Below are positions 14,303 to 28,300 of a stretch of 64,000 nt of DNA, piece after piece. Source of the DNA: Lingula anatina (lineage: Eukaryota; Animalia; Brachiopoda); NCBI GenBank assembly GCA_051362555.1, contig CM120647.1, positions 6,138,001-6,202,000 of the forward strand. The letters run 5' to 3'. The translations under genes were made by a program, and so were the position numbers. Each line of letters opens with the position of its first letter. The stretch's first letter is position 1. The notes under the pieces were generated by a model. The model worked only from the letters and a program-made list of their open reading frames with translations. It did no database searches and was not told the DNA's origin.

Positions 14303-17300
14303 GTAGCCATATATGAAGGTCAATGTAATCCAGTGGCAAGCAAATATTTCAGAATAATTACGATAACTGCTGTTTTGATGGTTAAATTGAATTGAATGTA
14401 TTTCTGTCTATTGTTTTCAATGTATTGCAGATTTCTTAAATCTTATATGAAGAGTTGTTATTCCTTTAGGCAACAAAAATTTGAAAACCATTTGAAAAGC
14501 TTAAACTTAATTTAAGAAATATATATTGTATTTTGATCAGCACATGAACTTCAGAAGTAAATGCGAAATTTACAAAAAAAAAAAAACTAATAATATAAAA
14601 TATCCACAATGAGGAAAATTTGCACAAGTGTTACATTGAGACTGACTTAGAAATTAGTCTAAATTAGACACATATAATTATGCACAAGTAATAAGAAGAT
14701 GTATTTAACACTGTATTTATTTATGTAGACTATATACAGGATAATTGAGACAGTGTCTTTAACCCTTTGATTTACATGAACTGATGAAAAACTTCCTATT
14801 AAAAAGATTGACCCAAACCCAGAGAAGGATCCAGAGATATTATCTGATAGTCTTGCAAATTATCTTTGTTGATCCATCCTCCATTTTTGATTGCCTTCCG
14901 ACAGAAAAATCAGATATCCATCAATGTAAACAAAAATGTGACCATCTTTCGGAAGACCCAGAATATGGTTTTAATACGCCCCTGAAACCAGTTACTCCCA
15001 AAAAATGAAGAAAAAAATATGAATTAAAAGTAACTGTGCAGGGCACTCAGTGCCACAGCTTGATAAAGCAGGGGCGGATTGAGGCCGTCTTCTGGGTACT
15101 CCCGAAGTCGGTCAGATTTTTAAATTAACGTTGACAGGTATCAAATTGTTTGTGTCAGAAGACAGTAAGGGAGGATGGATCAACAAAGATAATTTGGAAG
15201 ACTGTCATGAAATTTCTCTGGAAATATCTCTGTAAAGGATCATACCTCTGTGGGTCTGCCTTTGCGTCGGAATATTTTCATAAATAATACAAATTTTGCT
15301 CAGACATTTTGTGTTGGAAAGCACTCTTCAGTTTTGAAATCAAACTTTATGGTGCTCCATGCCTGATGACCCCCCCCCCCCCAAAACCCCCCAACCCCAT
15401 CCCCACCCCCACCAACCCCCAATTGCAAATTACCAATTTTTCATAACATTCCACCGTCCATACATTCCAACTATGATAGCAGAAGAACAACATTTCTAAC
15501 CAGCCAGAAACGTTTTATTAATCATAGTACAAACAAAGGATTGACGCTTACAGATTGGCATTGAGGCATATTTTACATGTTATTAAGGATAGACTAACAC
15601 TGTTTATGACCATTGGTAGTAGAACTTAAAACAGTGGAGCGTCACCGCGTCTTTAGCATTTGTAGCTAGGACAGAAATTGAACAGCTAATTTAGTAGAAA
15701 TAGTTTGTCATCATGTTTTATGTTGTGATCAGTACAGTGTATGTACATATATTAAATGTTATAGATAAATTCATTTGGAATTTTTTTTTGCCCTAGTAGT
15801 CTAATAATTATAATCTTACATATAATACCGAAAATATTTGAAAATTCAAATTGTGACCAAATCTAGAGCATTTGTGATCGGACAGTTACAGAATGGCTTC
15901 TAATATGTGTTTAGAAAGTGCTTTGACAGGACCTCTTAACATCTAAAAATTATAGTTTCATTGGACCTGAAAACTTATATTGAACAAATATTCATGTAAA
16001 TTAGATTAGTAAAGAACACAAGAAGTTTTTTTTTTTTTTTAATTATGAGGGGAGGGGAGGTATCTTGGTTTACATCAGTAGATTTAAATTTAAAGTCTAT
16101 CATGATAAAAGTAAAGCCATTTCACATCGTGTGGTATTCTTTACTTGACCAGTTCACACTCAGAGGTCCCACTTGGTCTCTTACATTATAACATAAAATT
16201 AACAGGGATTGTGAACAAAAACCTTCAACAGGACGGGATGAAAAAGCAAATCTAATTTACTTGAATATTTTTCAACTTAAATGTTTGATAGTGCAAGTCG
16301 GACCCGTTTTCAGGTTAAACAGTTCTGTCTGTACCCAAACTTAGGGCATGCTTGTTGGTCCAATTCTGATGGGCCCCTTAAGATATATTAATTGGTGATG
16401 GAGCATGGTGGTTATCTTGAACTCTGCTGACGATTTTTCTCCCTTGTTGTTTTGAGTGCATGCACAGTTTGATCAACATTTAGACTGCATTTTAACCCTG
16501 AGTGAGATGCGGTGCTAATGTTACTAATTTAACAATTGGTTTACAATGGGATATTTTTTCTAGAGGTTATGATTTTGCTCATTGTAAAGTATAAGAGTTA
16601 CTTGTCTACAAATAAAATCGATTTTTATTTCTGAACTTTGTCATTTGGGTGGAGATGTGTGAAAAATGAGAAGATTTTAATTTTATCTGTTTTGCTGTGA
16701 TATATTATTTTTTAAAACTCCACAAATGACGGGGCTTCTGAAGCTACTTTTACCGATTTTGTTTTTGAAAAAAAGAAAATGAAATATTCAGTTGAAAATT
16801 TTCAGTTGAAAATTTACTCAAAAAGAAAAAATATCCCTGGGGTTTTAACTTCTTATTATTTTATAGTATTATTTGGATTGATCTCTATGCATGCTGCTGC
16901 TTCACAGGAAAGAACCCCATAGCAACCATCTCCATGGTGACACTTAACAATCAATGTTTGGCAGTTGTCTCAATAGTTACAATTCCAAATGATCAAATAT
17001 ACAATTTTTCCTTTCACTTGAAAGTGATCTGATTGTGTGAGATATTTGCAACTTGCTACAAATCTAAAATTTGAAAATTTATTTTTGTCAACATGGACAG
17101 AAAACAAATCAGATTAAAATCAAACCACTGATCAAAAAAAGAAGAAAAAGAAAAGAAATGGAAGACCAAGTAAAAAAAAACCTTGGAGATTGTTTTTAAA
17201 AAACCTGCACACATAGTAGCAGCATGTTTGTGTGCCATATGAGCTCTAACTCTACTAACTTTCTCTCTCTCCTAACTGTCTGGGCTGCACCCTATAGATC

Positions 17301-19307
17301 TCCTCCAACACATCATCAACTGTCACATCTACCACACTCATAACAACAACCAATCAGGAGCAAGGTCAAGGCCAGGAAGTGCCACCCAAGAAGATCCCAC
17401 CCCCAGTTCCTGAGAAAAAATGGAAACGTTCTTCAGTTGCTTCATCGTGTGACTCCATGCAGAGCTCAGTTTTGTCCATAGAGGGCGATGATAGCAATGA
17501 TGAGATGGTGGACCCTGTCAAGCAATCCCGCGTACCGAGTGGAATGACCAGCAAAAGGAGATCTCTGGCAGATGCCGAGGAGGTAAAATAAGTTCTGTTC
17601 TGTGATTGGTCGCGTCCTCATAAAGGTAATTTTCTGAATAATTGAAAGCAGTGCGATAATTCTAACATCTGTGTAATCATGGTAAAAAACTAGTCAGTTT
17701 TCTTAGGAGATAAAATGTGTTTTCAGGCTATGGGACAGGATGTTTCAACCCTTCTTCACCAAAGGGCCTTGATCACTGGCCTGACTCATCCAGAAAACAC
17801 CTTTAGTCTTTTCAGAAACAATTTACTTTTTTACCATCATTATACTTGATAAAAAGAAAAACTTAGTTCACTGCATCTGTGTTATCTTTCGAAGTTTGAA
17901 CATTAATATCTGACATTTTACTTGCCATGATGTCTTCAGCTACTAGAATTTTTCATGACATTAACTGGTAATGTTAACTATATGGTGATATCACAGCCAA
18001 CTAATAGTGAACCCCATAAAACTTTGCTAGTGATGATGTCACTGTCTTATATCCCTGAGCACTTTCAATGACACTTTCAATGGCATCGGACTTGATGACA
18101 TCACCACACAACTTGATGACATCACCACACAACTTGATGACATCATCACTTTTGATAACAATTTCATGTCCTCACATCTGACTGAAATGTGAAATGTTTA
18201 TTTCTACACAAATCTGGAATGCCACTCACATAATTTTCATTTTGGTCCTTTGGGTATGCATGGTGAATTGTTCCTAATTGCACAAGCCCGCCATCACTGG
18301 GGCAAGGTGGGGTGAGGAATTTTGCCTTTGGGTCTGTGCAGGCAAGGATATATTTAATCTGGAAATGGGAAAACTTGTGCTATTTGTCACAAACAGCAGG
18401 GGGATTCCATTTCTTTTGAAGATTTTTCTAAGAGCATGTTTATCATATTTACTTACATTTTCTGTTAAGTATATATCATAATATGAAACATTTAAATATA
18501 TATAAAGAAGTCATAACTAAAATGGGCAAAAAAGATGCCCTCAAACAAAACATTAAATCCCTTGATAGATCCTGCTGATTTGCAGATAATACAAGTTTAC
18601 CTCATTTTCGGTCTGAATTTATCCTTGTCTGAACAGACCTTTAGCTACAACCCATTGCACAAGGTTTCTGGTCCTGTCCAAAGGTGGCACCAACTGTTGC
18701 ATTTTATGCAAGGTCCAGAACATTGAATTGCAATCAAGTGGGTGCCTATGCAGCTTAATTACATTGTTTTGTGGAGAGAAATGCTCAATGTTTATGTTGT
18801 TATGCTGAGCAGGCTTTGGTTAGATTACAATTAATGTTTTTTTAATCATACTGATCAAATTGAATTCAATTTTTTTGATGATTGTTGAAAATTTTAGGAA
18901 AAGAGCCTGTGTGACATATTCATATCAGTATATTTTTGAGGGGTACATTTTAGATTGTTCATTATGTTTTGATACTGTGGATATGATAGAAATGTATATA
19001 TTTATGATAATAGTGTATTATGGCACTAGTGCATTTTACAGTGTCCAAACATATTTACATTATGAATTATTTCCATTGACTTGTAGCTTATACCAGAAAA
19101 ATTTTTCACACTACATATAGCAATAAAGTTGTTTTTTGCTAAGTTAAAAGGTTGTGTTAGGTCAAGAAGCCATTACGTAAATTATTTGTCTTCTGCTGAA
19201 ATAACCATAACCATCCCGAAAAGATAACCCCAAAGTTATCACTGAATTTGTTTTGGTAGATACCATTTCTTTTCTGTTTTGTTTCTACAAAGATAAAAAT
19301 TGGGTAT

Positions 19308-19359
<52 letters not shown>

Positions 19360-22300
19360 TTCCTTGTGATTAGGGAATATACAGTTGCTGTACTTTGTCA
19401 GGAACAAATTAGAATTAAAAGGATAAATTTAAGCATAACAATGGTGTTTGCTATATTGATAAAAATCAATAAAATTACAGAATCCAAAACTATTTCTATG
19501 CCACAATCCCTAGGGATCTATCCCATAATCCTGTGAGATTCCGCCATCTGCAGCAGAACGTAACATCTGGGCTGTGAAGAATCATTGGCAACTTTCCTCA
19601 CAGCCTGGGAAAAAAAGCACTCATTGTTATTCACTAATTAAGTCTCTCATTAAGCCCTGAATGAAGAGTGTTTTACGACTAAAGGTTGGAAAAAGAAAAA
19701 TTACAACACTACAGTCATTAGCATTTATATGGTCTTTTTGTGAGGTAACATGATCTTGAATTGCATAGTATAATTATACGTTTTAAGGGGCTAATTTGGT
19801 GTTTTATCAGAATATTTATATTTTTATTCTTCATTAGTTTTTGAGCCAAATGACCCATCAGTAACACAGATATTCAGCAATTGGTAAATACACAGAAAAA
19901 CAAGACAGATTAAACAAATAGAAATGGATAGTAGACATTAGTTCCTTTTAGCTTAAATGATTTTAAAAGCAGAGTTGTCTTTAAATTGTAAGAATGGGTG
20001 TGTATTTAGTTTGTGAAGAAATGTGAGAAAGCAGCGATATGGTTCAAAAAGAGAATCACAAACAGTGACATCAAAAACTTAACACAGTTTGATTGCAGTA
20101 TTGTGGAATGCAGAATGTTACACCATACTCCTTCACTTTTTCTAATAATTTTTGCTTGAATAATGAAACTTTATTTGATGTGCAGCTTTTTCAAAAAGGC
20201 TTTTTGGCCAACTAATGCGTTATGTGTGGCTGCTTTAAATATACCAGCACCAAGGACTTTTAACGTGCAAGGGTTTTTGTATTTCTGTCGGGCTTGGCAG
20301 CCATTTTTTGGCTACGTATTTCCAGTTGCCCTAAGTCTTCACATTGGCGAGTTAACAAAGTGGATTCTGAGGCCCTATTGAACCTGAGAGAGAAAAACTG
20401 ATAAAAGGGATGATTTCAAGGTTCTAAAAATTTTGCCTGTACTGTTTGTTAGGATATATTTCATGTTAGGAAATGAGAAGACGACTAGAGCTGAATGTTC
20501 TCTCATTTCATCTTGAAAAGTCTCATTGCCCCAAGTCTCATTCCCTCATGACTTCAATTAGTCTGATTCCCTATCTAAGTTAGTTTTGATGTGAATGTAT
20601 CCAGTTACTGTAATGATAAAAGAAATTGATGAGAAATTGATTTATGTCATGAGCTCTTAAAATTGCTGCATGTTAATGATGAAGGTTTATGTACAGTAAA
20701 TCACCAATAAAGGTTAAATTGTGAATAAGAATTAAAATTTCGAACCATTGACAGAATAGAACTCCTTAAAAATTATAGGATGTCTACTTTAGGAATTCGC
20801 GTACAAAACACCATCTGAATACGTACTGCATTTGTATTCCACAGGAACACATGGATTTTGCTGATGTAAATGCTAAAATGTGTACTCAAAATGGGTCAAT
20901 ATCAAAATGTGACCAAAAGATCTCTCTCTCTCTCTCCCCCCCCCCCCCCCCCCAACACACACACACACACACACACACAAACGATTTTGATATGTCTGTG
21001 GAAGACAATAGAGAGTGACAGTATTTAAAAAAAAACTTAGAAAAGCCTGCTGTGTGGGATGATGATTCATGCTACTGTAATTACTCTATATTTTCAAACA
21101 TCTTACTTTCACTACCATTACATTTTCTCAAGATTTATCATTTTCATTTACTCACAAATATACAACTTTCTACAAAAAACCAGCTAATTTTTAAAAAAAT
21201 TATTAACCAAATCTAAGAGTAGTATTTATAAAGCAGTGGTTTGTATGAAATTATGAAATTATTTTGTTCAAATTTATTGAGTAACTATGGTAGTAAGATA
21301 GCACAATGATCAATAACAAAGTCTGCTGACTGTTAGAAGTGAACTCGGACGTTACCATTAGAGGATAGACAGTGCAAGTGAGACGTTGGATGATAAGGTG
21401 GGACAGAATATATGTTATATAATATACAGACACAGAAAATATTAGAATATACAAAAAAAAAAGGTGTGGATATTGTCTGCTATTATATGCTAACAAAAAT
21501 GATAGAATATGTGAAAAAATATGGGGGTATTATTTTACAAAATAATGCAGACAAAAATATTAAAACTTTAAAAAAAGATGAGATATTATGTTATATTATG
21601 GGGATATTATTTTATGTAATATGCAGATAAAAAGTTTCATGCAACAGCAAAAATTTTCATGTTACAACAAAGATAGATATTATATAATGCAGACAAGATA
21701 TTAGAAGTTGAATTGTACCCTTGTGCTTAAAAATTGGATAGTTATGGCACATTTATTTGAAAGATTTAACTTGGTGATCTGATAATATGTTTTAATGTTC
21801 AGAAAATTGTTTACCATCTACTTATTTCGGTTTGTGCTATAAACTTGAAAATGTGCTGTACTGGCTGTTGTTATACTTGTATATTATACGTTTAATTAAT
21901 GTCCAGGCCTACCCAACTACCAGACTCGGCACCGAATGATCCTGAATTCACCAGTAGATCAGACAACACTACTCGTTTTCAAGGTGTGAGTCAGTACACA
22001 CTTCGAAGTATCAGACGCAATACCGCTCTTGCCTAGTACACTCTGTAATAGGGATGATTCTGGGTGGGGTTGGAAAGTAGTGCATCTCATCTCAAAGTTT
22101 TTTCCATGGTATGATACTGTGAAATGCGTACTGATGCACACCTTGAAAACAGGTAGTGTGGTCCGATTTACCGGTGAATTCGGGCTCATTCGGTGCTGAG
22201 TCTGGTAGTTGGGTAGGCCTGAATGTTGAAAAACCTCAGTAGCATAGAGCACATGTAAATGTAAAGTGCTCTATTTATTATTATCATTAAAAGACACCAA

Positions 22301-25300
22301 CATCCTTGTTATGAAACATGTTGTTGGGCTACTCCTGTTTAACTTGGGTCAAAGAAGACATAGTAAATCTTCGCTTCTAAGTTAAGACCAATTTCTGAAC
22401 TAGAGTTCTCTGGTGATACAGGTTCCAGATCTAAGAATATTTTAGTCTTATTTTAAGAAAAAGGGAATATTTATAACCTAAGTCTTTAAATAGCTCAATG
22501 TATCAGCCAAAGAGTTGAAGAAATATTTAGTGTGATTATTGATCTCCCCTTAGGCAATGTGGTCTGTAATTAAATTACAGGGTATTCAAAGTCAGCGTGA
22601 TGTTGATTAGCATCTGTCAGAGAGGTTTGATACTATATGGGCTAGATGAATGTATTCATTTAGTATAGATTTCTTTAGAAGTATCCTCTGACTTTGTATA
22701 TTGTGTCACTCGAAGATTGTTCAATAGTATGTGTCATTGTGCGTCAAGCTGAATTATTTTACCAGTGGTATCTGTACAGTGCGTAAGTCATAGGTGCCAT
22801 TCACAATAGAGGACTGACTAGTCCGAGGGTCAAATATGGCGTCCCACTTGAATACTTCCCCATAGGATATCTATTCAGTGTGTATTAGCAGATTAGATTG
22901 CAAGCTTTGTAGTGGGTCGCCATGTTTGACCCTGGGGCTGGTTAGTTTCCTGTTTTGAATGGGGCTATAGATACTGCAAGATGTCTGGAGTTTATATGAA
23001 AATAATACATGATGAAGTTGTTGTTGTGGCATTTCATTTATATTTTTAGTGAAGATTCTGCTATGCATTTGTAGTTTGTAATTTGCAGACATAAGGACTA
23101 CCTATTCAAGAAGTATGAAGGACAAAAATCCATTTTTCTTGGCATTTTTAGACCAATCACAAGAATAAGAAATGGAAAGAAAAACAAAGGTCTATTTTTC
23201 TTAGCATTTATCCTACAAGTCCCCACCAAAAACCAAAATCAACAATCTTTTCTAGACCTAGAACAGGAAAAAAGGACCAAAATTTTTCCCCAACATTTAA
23301 GCCCATGACCACCCTTCAGAAAACCAGCCTCAAAAATCATTTCAGGAGAAGAAATAGGAAGAAAGGCAAGTCAATTTTTTTTTCAACATTTTCAGCCGAC
23401 AAGTCCCCACCGCAAATCTGAAGTATCAAATATGGAGAAGCTGCCCTTCAGTGCCAAGAAAAAATATTTTGAGGAGGAAATTGAGCATCAGGGACAGACT
23501 CAACCGGCAGAAGGTTAGTAGCACAGGGAGTTGGGATATATCTGGTGTGAGACTAATTGACTTGAGTTGAAGAAGTCAACTTTTTGTGTCAAAATGAATA
23601 AAGATGATATTTGACGAAGGTCTCTGACAGAAAAAGTGTCACAGTTGTATCCAAGTTGTGTTTTAGGAAGCATTTATTTAATAAAAATTTAACACACTGG
23701 TTTGATTTGTACAATAGTGGATTTAAACTAGCAGTTCAGAAGATGTTTGAGGATTAGGAAAATCTCAAGTTATCCACAAAAAATTGTAAGCCACTTGGGT
23801 AAAATAAGTTAAAAACAAGTTCCGTTTTATATGTTTTAGAAAAGAAATTCAGTTTCTTGACTCCTGATGAGATACAGAAAATAAAGCTGGAAGAAGGTAA
23901 GAAGTAAATTAAATTAAACTGCAAGCATCAGATTTAGCTGTTTATAAATTTTATTCATCTATTTATTTAAAAAAAAACATGGAATTTAACTTACAATAGC
24001 TATGAACACAATTCTTGGCTTGTAAATGATTTGCATAATTTTATCCAAATTCACTTCAAATGATTGCTTTATTAAATCATAACTAAAAAGCATCTGCTCA
24101 TATAATATCAGTTTTCTTCATCTTAAGGTGCTTTCCCAGAGATTTAGATCGATCTAAAGATAAAGTTTTAGATCGACCTAACGTACTCCCTGGGGGTTCA
24201 CGCTAAATTGCAGTCAGCCAAGCGGGTACCATAGTTAATTACCCCCTTACAGCTTTTAGTGGGCGGGACAGACGCTTAAGCTGGCCAAGCTGACAGTAAT
24301 CTAGTGAGACTCCCCACAAGGATAGATCGATCTAAAAATCTATGGAAATGGGGTGTTAAATTATCAGATACAAGATATTGCTGTATGTCTCAAAAAGAAC
24401 ATGTATCTTGAAATTTCATTTAACATTTAGTAACTTATAAGATGAAAATAATTTAATTATGAATTTAATTATATTCAAATTTAAACAATCAACCCTCAAA
24501 TGAAAAAAGACATTGAAATTTGAGACAATAAATCAGTGTTAGCCGTTGTTTAAGGAATCTATTCAGGGGCGGATTCAGAGATATTTTCTGACAGTCTTCC
24601 AAATTATCTTTGTTGATCCATTCTTCATTTTTGACTGTCTTCCTACAGAAAAATTAGATACCCGTCAATGTAAACTTGAAAATCTGACCGTCTTCCGGAA
24701 GACCCAGAAGACGACCTAAATCCGCTGCCCTGCTATTATCATAACCCTGATAGCATATCACAGTTAAAAGAAAAAATCCTCTGCTGGGTATTCAAATGTA
24801 GTTTTCCTTCCTCCATCAGAGAAGAAGATGCTGTCCATGTCCCAAGAGGAGCTGATCTCTTACATGAAGGACCAAGGGCAGACCACTCCAGAGCAGAAAG
24901 ACATGAACCAGGTGCTTTCTAGGTAGGTTGGTTGAAGGCTTGAGTCTTTTTACACATCCAAGCTCCAGTTTGTGAGATTGGCAACTTATTTATCTGGTAT
25001 TATGTAAGAGAGTCGCCTAGACAGCGCTTGACACAGGCAGTTAGCAACAAGTCTAAAAAACCTTTTCATGTTTAGCATTTCTGTTTTCTATACTGCTCCA
25101 GATAAACAACTTAATATTACATGATAAAGTCACCTAAATGGATTCCCCCCCCCCCTCCACCGTACTCGACACAGCCATTTAACCAGTTTAACTTTGTGAA
25201 AGGGAGTAAAAACCTTCGTAGCAGAATGACATGTTCAAACCAGTCAAATTGTTGCTGATCAGAAAACTGTAGCGCTCAAGAAATAACCATATCTGTTTCA

Positions 25301-28300
25301 AGCTGACTTGATCCATTGTGAATTCTAAGGGTCGTGCATCCTTACCATAATTACCCATTTTTTAGAAATGTTGATTTGATGAAAGTGTTTATATGAGTGA
25401 TAAACACTTTGGAAACATTACTAATTCTTGATTCTCTTTTCCTTTGATTTAGCTTCAAATTCAGGTACTTACATTTCTGCATGTAGTGGGAAGTTTTCAT
25501 AATATGTGAATGAACAATTTTTGTAAGGTGTAGGAATAAGTTTTCATTTTTGTATCATTGGTTGTTGTGTGTTCTTGTAAAAGTGTATATGAAATCATTG
25601 TATGGAGTGGGAATGCAAGTTTACTTTCAGTTTGGACTTGAATGCAAATATTACTTGGTGCCTGATCTTCACACAAAGTTGCCTGTTTATTGACTATTCA
25701 TGACTGAAAGTTCTGATTTAGCTGATGAAAATTCTGAAATTTGAATAAATTTGACATTAAGATTAAATTATGATGACATGAGATTTTACAAATTATAGAC
25801 AGAATTACAATGTTTAGCTCTCATGTTGAGGAAATGTTTGTGCTCATACTATTTGTACATTAGCGTTCAGTATTGTGTGAATTTATTTTGAAGTTCATTC
25901 TTTGTTTCGAAACTTTTATGTTTATTTTAGTAATATTGCATGGTATCTGGATGTTTGTAACAGTGTTGTAAGAATAATCATTGTATAAACTGCTTGGAAT
26001 TCAAAATGTCATATTGAGCTTGGTCAAAATGCCAAGCAAAATCCATCAAAAAGTCTTGACTTAAAGTAAAAACCAACCTCATTTGATACTTATCAGAACT
26101 ATATTTTTATGTACAGACACAGATGTGTCTGTACATATTGCCATCACCTGCGTCTGTCGTCGCCGTTCATGTCGCCGTCGATGTCGCCGTCGCCGTCGCC
26201 GTGCACTTTCAGCGTTAACACCATAAGTGGAAGACAGTTTTACTTTTTGGCTTTATATTTACAGAGCTGATGAATATTCATAAAACGCAGGTCAAGTTCG
26301 AAAATCAGCATGATCGGGCCATTATTGTAGAATTTATGCTGTTTTTTCACTTTTCAGCATATATACAACACTGTTAACACATTTCAAAGAAAACCGATAG
26401 GCCTGTTGTCATGAAACTCACAGGAGTAATCAATCTTACTAAAACGCAGGTCAAGTTCAAAAATCGGCATGATCGGGCCACCATTTTAGTGGTTATGCTG
26501 TTTTTTCACTTTTCAGCATATATGCAACACTGTTAACACATTTTAAGGAAAACCCATAGGCCTGTTGTCATGAAACTCACAGGAGTAATCAATCTTACTT
26601 AAACGCAAGTCAAGTTCGAAAATCAGCATAATCTGGCCATTATTTTATAAGTTATGCTGTTTTTTCACATTTCTTCAGATTCAATTCTTAGGCATGTTAA
26701 CAGTCTCATTATTTAATTAATAAGATACGTAAAAGTGTTTGTTTGACATTTCCTGCATCTTTACAACATTGTTAGTTGATTATGTAAAAATGATGGTAAA
26801 CTTGTTATCGTATATTGTGTAATAAAGTGTCAAAAATGGAAATAAACTCATATCATTGCAGTTTGTAAGATTCAATCATTCATTATGATCAGAAACTCAG
26901 AATGGAGGAAATTGGACATTTGACACTGTTCTATTGATATTTTCCCCATCTCATTAATTTTCTTAGTTGATCATATAAAAATGGCATTAAACTGTTAATT
27001 ATTGTACCACCAGCGTTAGCGCTGGCGGTACACATGGTTTCGGTCCCGTCCGGATCGTTCCGCCGGCTCCGTTGGCTCCGCCGGCTCCGCCGGACGGCTA
27101 CCGTTACCGCTTCTCCTCCTAGATGGTAAGGGCCCCCGTACCCATCTCATGGATTTAGGTCACCTATAATCTCAACTCGTTCCACGTAAAATTTGGGCTT
27201 TGTCGGTATTGGGGTCTGGGTGTGGCACTCATTGCAATGCACCCTTGTCTAAAAATGGCAAAATTAAATGCTAATTATCTACCCTACGGAAGGAGTTATG
27301 GGAAAAATTTCTATAGACGGCTTTCCAAAAGTCATATGTGTAGATTTCAAATATACCCTTGGATTTGACCTTTGACCTCTACTTCAAGGTCAAATGGGCC
27401 AAAATTTTCAAAAAAATGAAATTTTTTACGAAAAAATTTTTTTTTTCCCTGTTATTCAGACACCACACAGACTTAACCAATAATATTATTGGAAAGTGTT
27501 ACCCTTCAGGTCATCTTTCATCTCCATGAATTTGGGGTCAATCGGTGCATTTTCACGGGAGTAGCGGCCATAAGATACCGAAACTGAAAACTGTCTCTAA
27601 TTCGGGAACCGTTAATGCTAGAGACCCATTCTTTTTTGCATTTTGTAGAGCATGTAAAGCCCAACACTGGAGGTGGTCTCGGTTTTTTTGTATTCCATAC
27701 GGTTTTCGAGTTACGCTGTATCAAAAAGTACATATTGGTGGTAAAAGCAAAATGTGCAGTACGGTAATGGATAAAAAATTTTGAACTCTGGAAAAATAAA
27801 ACATAAGGCTTGGCAAAGCAGACAACTTGTGTTCAAAAATGACATTATTTCATCAAATTTGAACTTCTGAAACTTCAGAGCACCTCCTATTTCAAGAATT
27901 TTGACCAAAATGACATTTTCTTTATTTTAATTAATTTTTTCTGTACGAAATTTAAGGCACATTATGGTAACTCCAAAATTATAACATCTAGTCCCTTATA
28001 TCTCCTGGCAGAGATAGGTCCATAGTTACTATTGAAGTTGAATATGAAGTCATATACTGGCAATCTTACTATGACCTTGAAATTGACCTTTGACCTACTT
28101 TTCACCATGAACTGAACTTTGCAAATTTTTCTTCCCTTTTATCTCCAAAACTGGCAGAGATAGGTCCATAGTTACTATTGAACTTGAATAGGAAGTCATA
28201 TACTGGCAATCTAAATGTGACCTTAAAATTGACCTTTGACCTACTTTACACCATGAACTGAACTTTGCAAATTTTGCTTTCCTTTTATCTCCAAAACTGG

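Noticed and set aside
16908-16936. Possible small scrib exon cag|GAAAGAACCCCATAG...ATG|gtga
   Set aside because: In-frame stop in the required phase 0, and the length is not a multiple of 3.
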